From Omnitrophica WOR_2 bacterium GWF2_43_52 (GTDB taxonomy: Bacteria; Omnitrophota; Gorgyraeia; Gygaellales; UBA12090), in assembly GCA_001805445.1 (NCBI GenBank), contig MHGF01000035.1, positions 25,279 to 89,278 on the forward strand: 64,000 nt of DNA, in the 5' to 3' direction. The position numbers were made by a program, and so were the translations under genes. Of this stretch, positions 61,901 through 64,000 are shown one piece after another. Each line of letters opens with the position of its first letter. Position 1 is the stretch's first letter. Under the pieces are notes generated by a model that saw only the letters and a program-made list of their open reading frames with translations, searched no databases and was not told where the DNA came from.

Positions 61901-64000
61901 GCCTCAAGCGCTACTACATCAGTAGGAGCTAATTTAAGCGGTTTAACCTCAAACACTACCTATTATTATAGGGTAGTAGCTGTTAATAGCGCAGGCACTA
62001 CTAATGGGAATGAGATGTCTTTTACTACTACAGCTGCTTTAGATATTACCTCTCCCAGTGTCCCGCAGAATCTTACCGCAGCAGCAGTTTCTTCTTCCCG
62101 CATAGACCTTTCCTGGAGTGCTTCTACCGATAATGTGGGTGTTGCTGGGTATAAAGTTTACCGTGGAGCAAGCCAAATAGCTTCCGTAACGTCCGGGACA
62201 ACTTATTCAGACATTGGACTCTCCGCGAATACCAGTTATTCTTACACTGTTTCTGCTTACGACGCCGCTGGCAAGAGTAGCGCGCAAAGCAGTTCTGTTA
62301 GCGCTACAACATTGTCTGCTGCGGACACCATCGCCCCAATTATCTCTAATATATCTTCTTCTGGTATTACCTATAACTCTGTCACTATAACCTGGACCAC
62401 CAATGAAAACTCCGATAGCCAGGTGGAATACGGGCCAACAACATCCTATGGTCAGACAACAGCTCTCAACGCCATCTTGGTAGCTTCCCATACCGTCAAT
62501 TTGAGCGGCCTTTCTGCTAATACTCTCTATCATTACCGGGTAAAGTCGCGCGATGCCGCGGGGAATTTGGCAACATCTGTGGATTATAAATTTACCACCA
62601 GTACTATAGGATCAGGAGATATTATTACCATTAATCCCCAAATAACCTATCAAACTATGATTGGATGGGAGGCGGCGGCTGATGCCGCTTTAACTAATAC
62701 AAATGGGGTCGATCCTGCTAAGTATAAGGACGAACTTCTAGACGTAGTTGTTAATGATATAGGCATAAACCAGATACAGTTAGGAATATTCCCCAGTGGA
62801 GAAAATAGCGTGGATTACTGGAGCCAATACCAAAATAGCCCTCAATCTCAAAGTGATTATGATACATGGAGAGCGAACCGTCAGACAACGGTCAATGACG
62901 ACAATGACCCCAATAACATTAATTGGAATGGTTTTAAATTTTCAAAGTTGGATGATGAGATGGATAATATGGTAGTTCCTTTAAGGCAGCTATTAACTGC
63001 TAAAGGTGAACAGTTACACTTTAATTTGCGTTATGTTGCTTATACAGCTCAAAGTACGGGTGTTTCCATAGGACAAAAGTATGATCATGATGACCCTCAA
63101 GAGTATGCTGAATATATACTGGCTGTTTTCCTTCACCTGAAGAATAAATACGGTTTTGTGCCTGATGCCTTGACGATAATTAATGAGCCTGATAATTCAG
63201 CTGCCAGAGAATGGGTTCAACAGGGAGCGCGAGGGACATTGATTGGCCGGGCTATTGTTGCTGTGGGGGATAAGTTAAAGCAAAACGGCTTTTCACCGAG
63301 GATTCTTGCTCCAGAAACAATGAGCATTGCTAAAGCTTCTTCAGTTGATTACTTTGACAATATGGTCAGTATCTCAGGGGTCACGCAATACCTTTCAGAG
63401 ATTACTTACCATAGATATGTAAATAGCGGTAACCCGGATGCCGATCTTCAGGCGATTGCCAATAAAGCCGCGCAGTATGGCCTTGACACGGGCATGCATG
63501 AATACTGGAATCCAGCTAATAGTTATCAAATCCTGCATAAAGATATTAAAATTGGAAAGAATTCCTCTTGGCAACAAGGAACGCTGGGGGGGCTTAAGAG
63601 TTGGGCATCTTCTTTATATGGGACAACCCCTTTATATACTATTGATGATACTGACCCAGCCAATCCAACCCTTGCAATTACTCCGATGACTAAGTTTACC
63701 CGGCAGTATTACAAATTTATTCGTAAGGGAGCAATAAGAATTGACGCTACAAGCAATAACACCAACTTTGATCCTGTGGCTTTTGTCAATACCAACGGAA
63801 AATATGTGGTGGTGGTTAATGCAAATACAGGAGGAACATTCTCTATTAAAAATTTACCTGCTGGAAATTATGGGATTAAATATACTACTCTGAATCAATA
63901 TGATATAGATTTAACGGATCAGGATATATCATCCGGCCAAACACTTACCACCAATATCCCCGCGGCAGGGGTTATCACAATATATGGAAAAACCATTCAA
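58949..64000 (+). CDS. Very large secreted multi-domain glycoside hydrolase (GH5-like + Ig/FN3 + GH30-like), 3' truncated by window edge
   Basis: Manual reading MKQIIKFLGLVLLVV...; in-frame YDLANEP (60098), SVHMY, YVGEFS, WDW; FN3 repeats; YQTMIGW, IINEPD (63182), YHRY; absent from the ORF track, consistent with no stop before 64000. Confidence 0.8.
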   Translation, partial: MKQIIKFLGLVLLVVTQVSLSSALAAVTTTTTYNDGDILFSDDFENTSTNSMAFSGGTFPTVSAIGHNNITSTCMEVSVTTANAKSGKMATFTFPSTDASALSPSYIEISGWAKASNVVSVTSTTGSARASVKINNVGFALKFFLLPAQWEQFVMLVPIPLPPKPPATITVNTINLNLGLWEASGTVLFDDLQIKLVKKIPMDSNKNYAGAYQQYYTGHPINPVVSDASQADTYFRGMHHSDTFFRTQSPKEGLEVLGRKWNANIFRWMLECPAGNSNIDNQYTLSYDSGPVTITNPTTGSKTTYKYGTYWDILDDALARLDEALKYAQQYGLKVVVNLAGLSGGLFESKANQDKFVQVWQKIADRYKVGSQYSDAIYGYDLANEPFVNGGWQKWTGAAGVLVWDDLSEKTAQAINAIDNTKTIIIEPWLNGPAGFSFQVPINASKVVYSVHMYKPNVFTGQTSITGFDWPFTDPITKQYYDKTTLINMLNTVKTFQTTYNAHIYVGEFSATRWAGPTRPKTAAYKYIKDCVEIFEANKWDWTYFGFRSTGWSAEDDDNINTYNKGFFSSSFEGKPNSREQLLRMYFAKNQNPYTLSNASLPLSSLTINSIYNYTNFYAGYNDASSTSVKLKLSGVLSIDEVNNFTGYYVSNSNMLPSALAVWNSIPASNFFFDNTINHTLTSGNGLKTVYAWFKDTAGGVFGPVTDTINLNTSLTAKIKPTITITEPTTMDNYTTTQPYPNLRCIIVDDVALASFNQITIPPTYTINNGQSKNLFSAKNQTNSSDPEDPNEWYANPTLFPGTNVITVTGKDNDNNTATDTINITYNPILINIISPTSDVTYTTANSTLDIKGIASDKAGVINKVEWSNDGGLSYLPIAFTTVTGNTTWSVTGISLVSGNNDIGVKATDNAGNTATDSLSVTYNSSSVTAPTATTNQATNIAVDSATLNGLVNPNGSDTNVYFEYGTTSGNYSGQINANPNSISASSATTSVGANLSGLTSNTTYYYRVVAVNSAGTTNGNEMSFTTTAALDITSPSVPQNLTAAAVSSSRIDLSWSASTDNVGVAGYKVYRGASQIASVTSGTTYSDIGLSANTSYSYTVSAYDAAGKSSAQSSSVSATTLSAADTIAPIISNISSSGITYNSVTITWTTNENSDSQVEYGPTTSYGQTTALNAILVASHTVNLSGLSANTLYHYRVKSRDAAGNLATSVDYKFTTSTIGSGDIITINPQITYQTMIGWEAAADAALTNTNGVDPAKYKDELLDVVVNDIGINQIQLGIFPSGENSVDYWSQYQNSPQSQSDYDTWRANRQTTVNDDNDPNNINWNGFKFSKLDDEMDNMVVPLRQLLTAKGEQLHFNLRYVAYTAQSTGVSIGQKYDHDDPQEYAEYILAVFLHLKNKYGFVPDALTIINEPDNSAAREWVQQGARGTLIGRAIVAVGDKLKQNGFSPRILAPETMSIAKASSVDYFDNMVSISGVTQYLSEITYHRYVNSGNPDADLQAIANKAAQYGLDTGMHEYWNPANSYQILHKDIKIGKNSSWQQGTLGGLKSWASSLYGTTPLYTIDDTDPANPTLAITPMTKFTRQYYKFIRKGAIRIDATSNNTNFDPVAFVNTNGKYVVVVNANTGGTFSIKNLPAGNYGIKYTTLNQYDIDLTDQDISSGQTLTTNIPAAGVITIYGKTIQ

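Noticed and set aside
59044-63689. Short ORFs listed by the track in the last 5 kb
   Set aside because: Explained as shadows of the single long + strand ORF starting at 58949

Overview
Bacterial chromosomal window in which every supported gene lies on the + strand; gene content suggests the PVC superphylum, possibly Omnitrophota (inference only). It has four blocks. (1) 0.1-6.2 kb: an HExxH peptidase followed by a type II secretion/type IV pilus cluster (gspG, two minor pseudopilins, gspK, a PilM/N-like fusion, a PilO-like gene). (2) 6.5-38.2 kb: a fused translation/transcription supercluster (tRNA-Thr, rpmG, tRNA-Trp, secE-nusG-rplKAJL-rpoBC, then the str, S10, spc and alpha operons), with no rpmD. 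(3) 38.3-44.6 kb: aminotransferase, LeuC-like, pilT, LeuD-like, IDH-like and mdh genes. (4) 44.6-64 kb: an accessory block with two c-di-GMP-I-type riboswitches, an RHH-like gene, a duplicated alkaline-phosphatase-superfamily gene and three very large secreted proteins; the last (58949 to >64000, GH5 + GH30-like) is missing from the ORF track. The most unusual signal is a population of small hairpin DNA elements sitting where they can be tolerated: an in-frame array of four CCCC...CGGGG-type cassettes exactly at a prepilin G|FT cleavage site, pairs of hairpins spliced into a riboswitch core whose expression platform is still intact, and tandem-repeat hairpins in ribosomal spacers that carry the downstream ribosome-binding site. 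All calls come from reading the sequence; no database searches were run.
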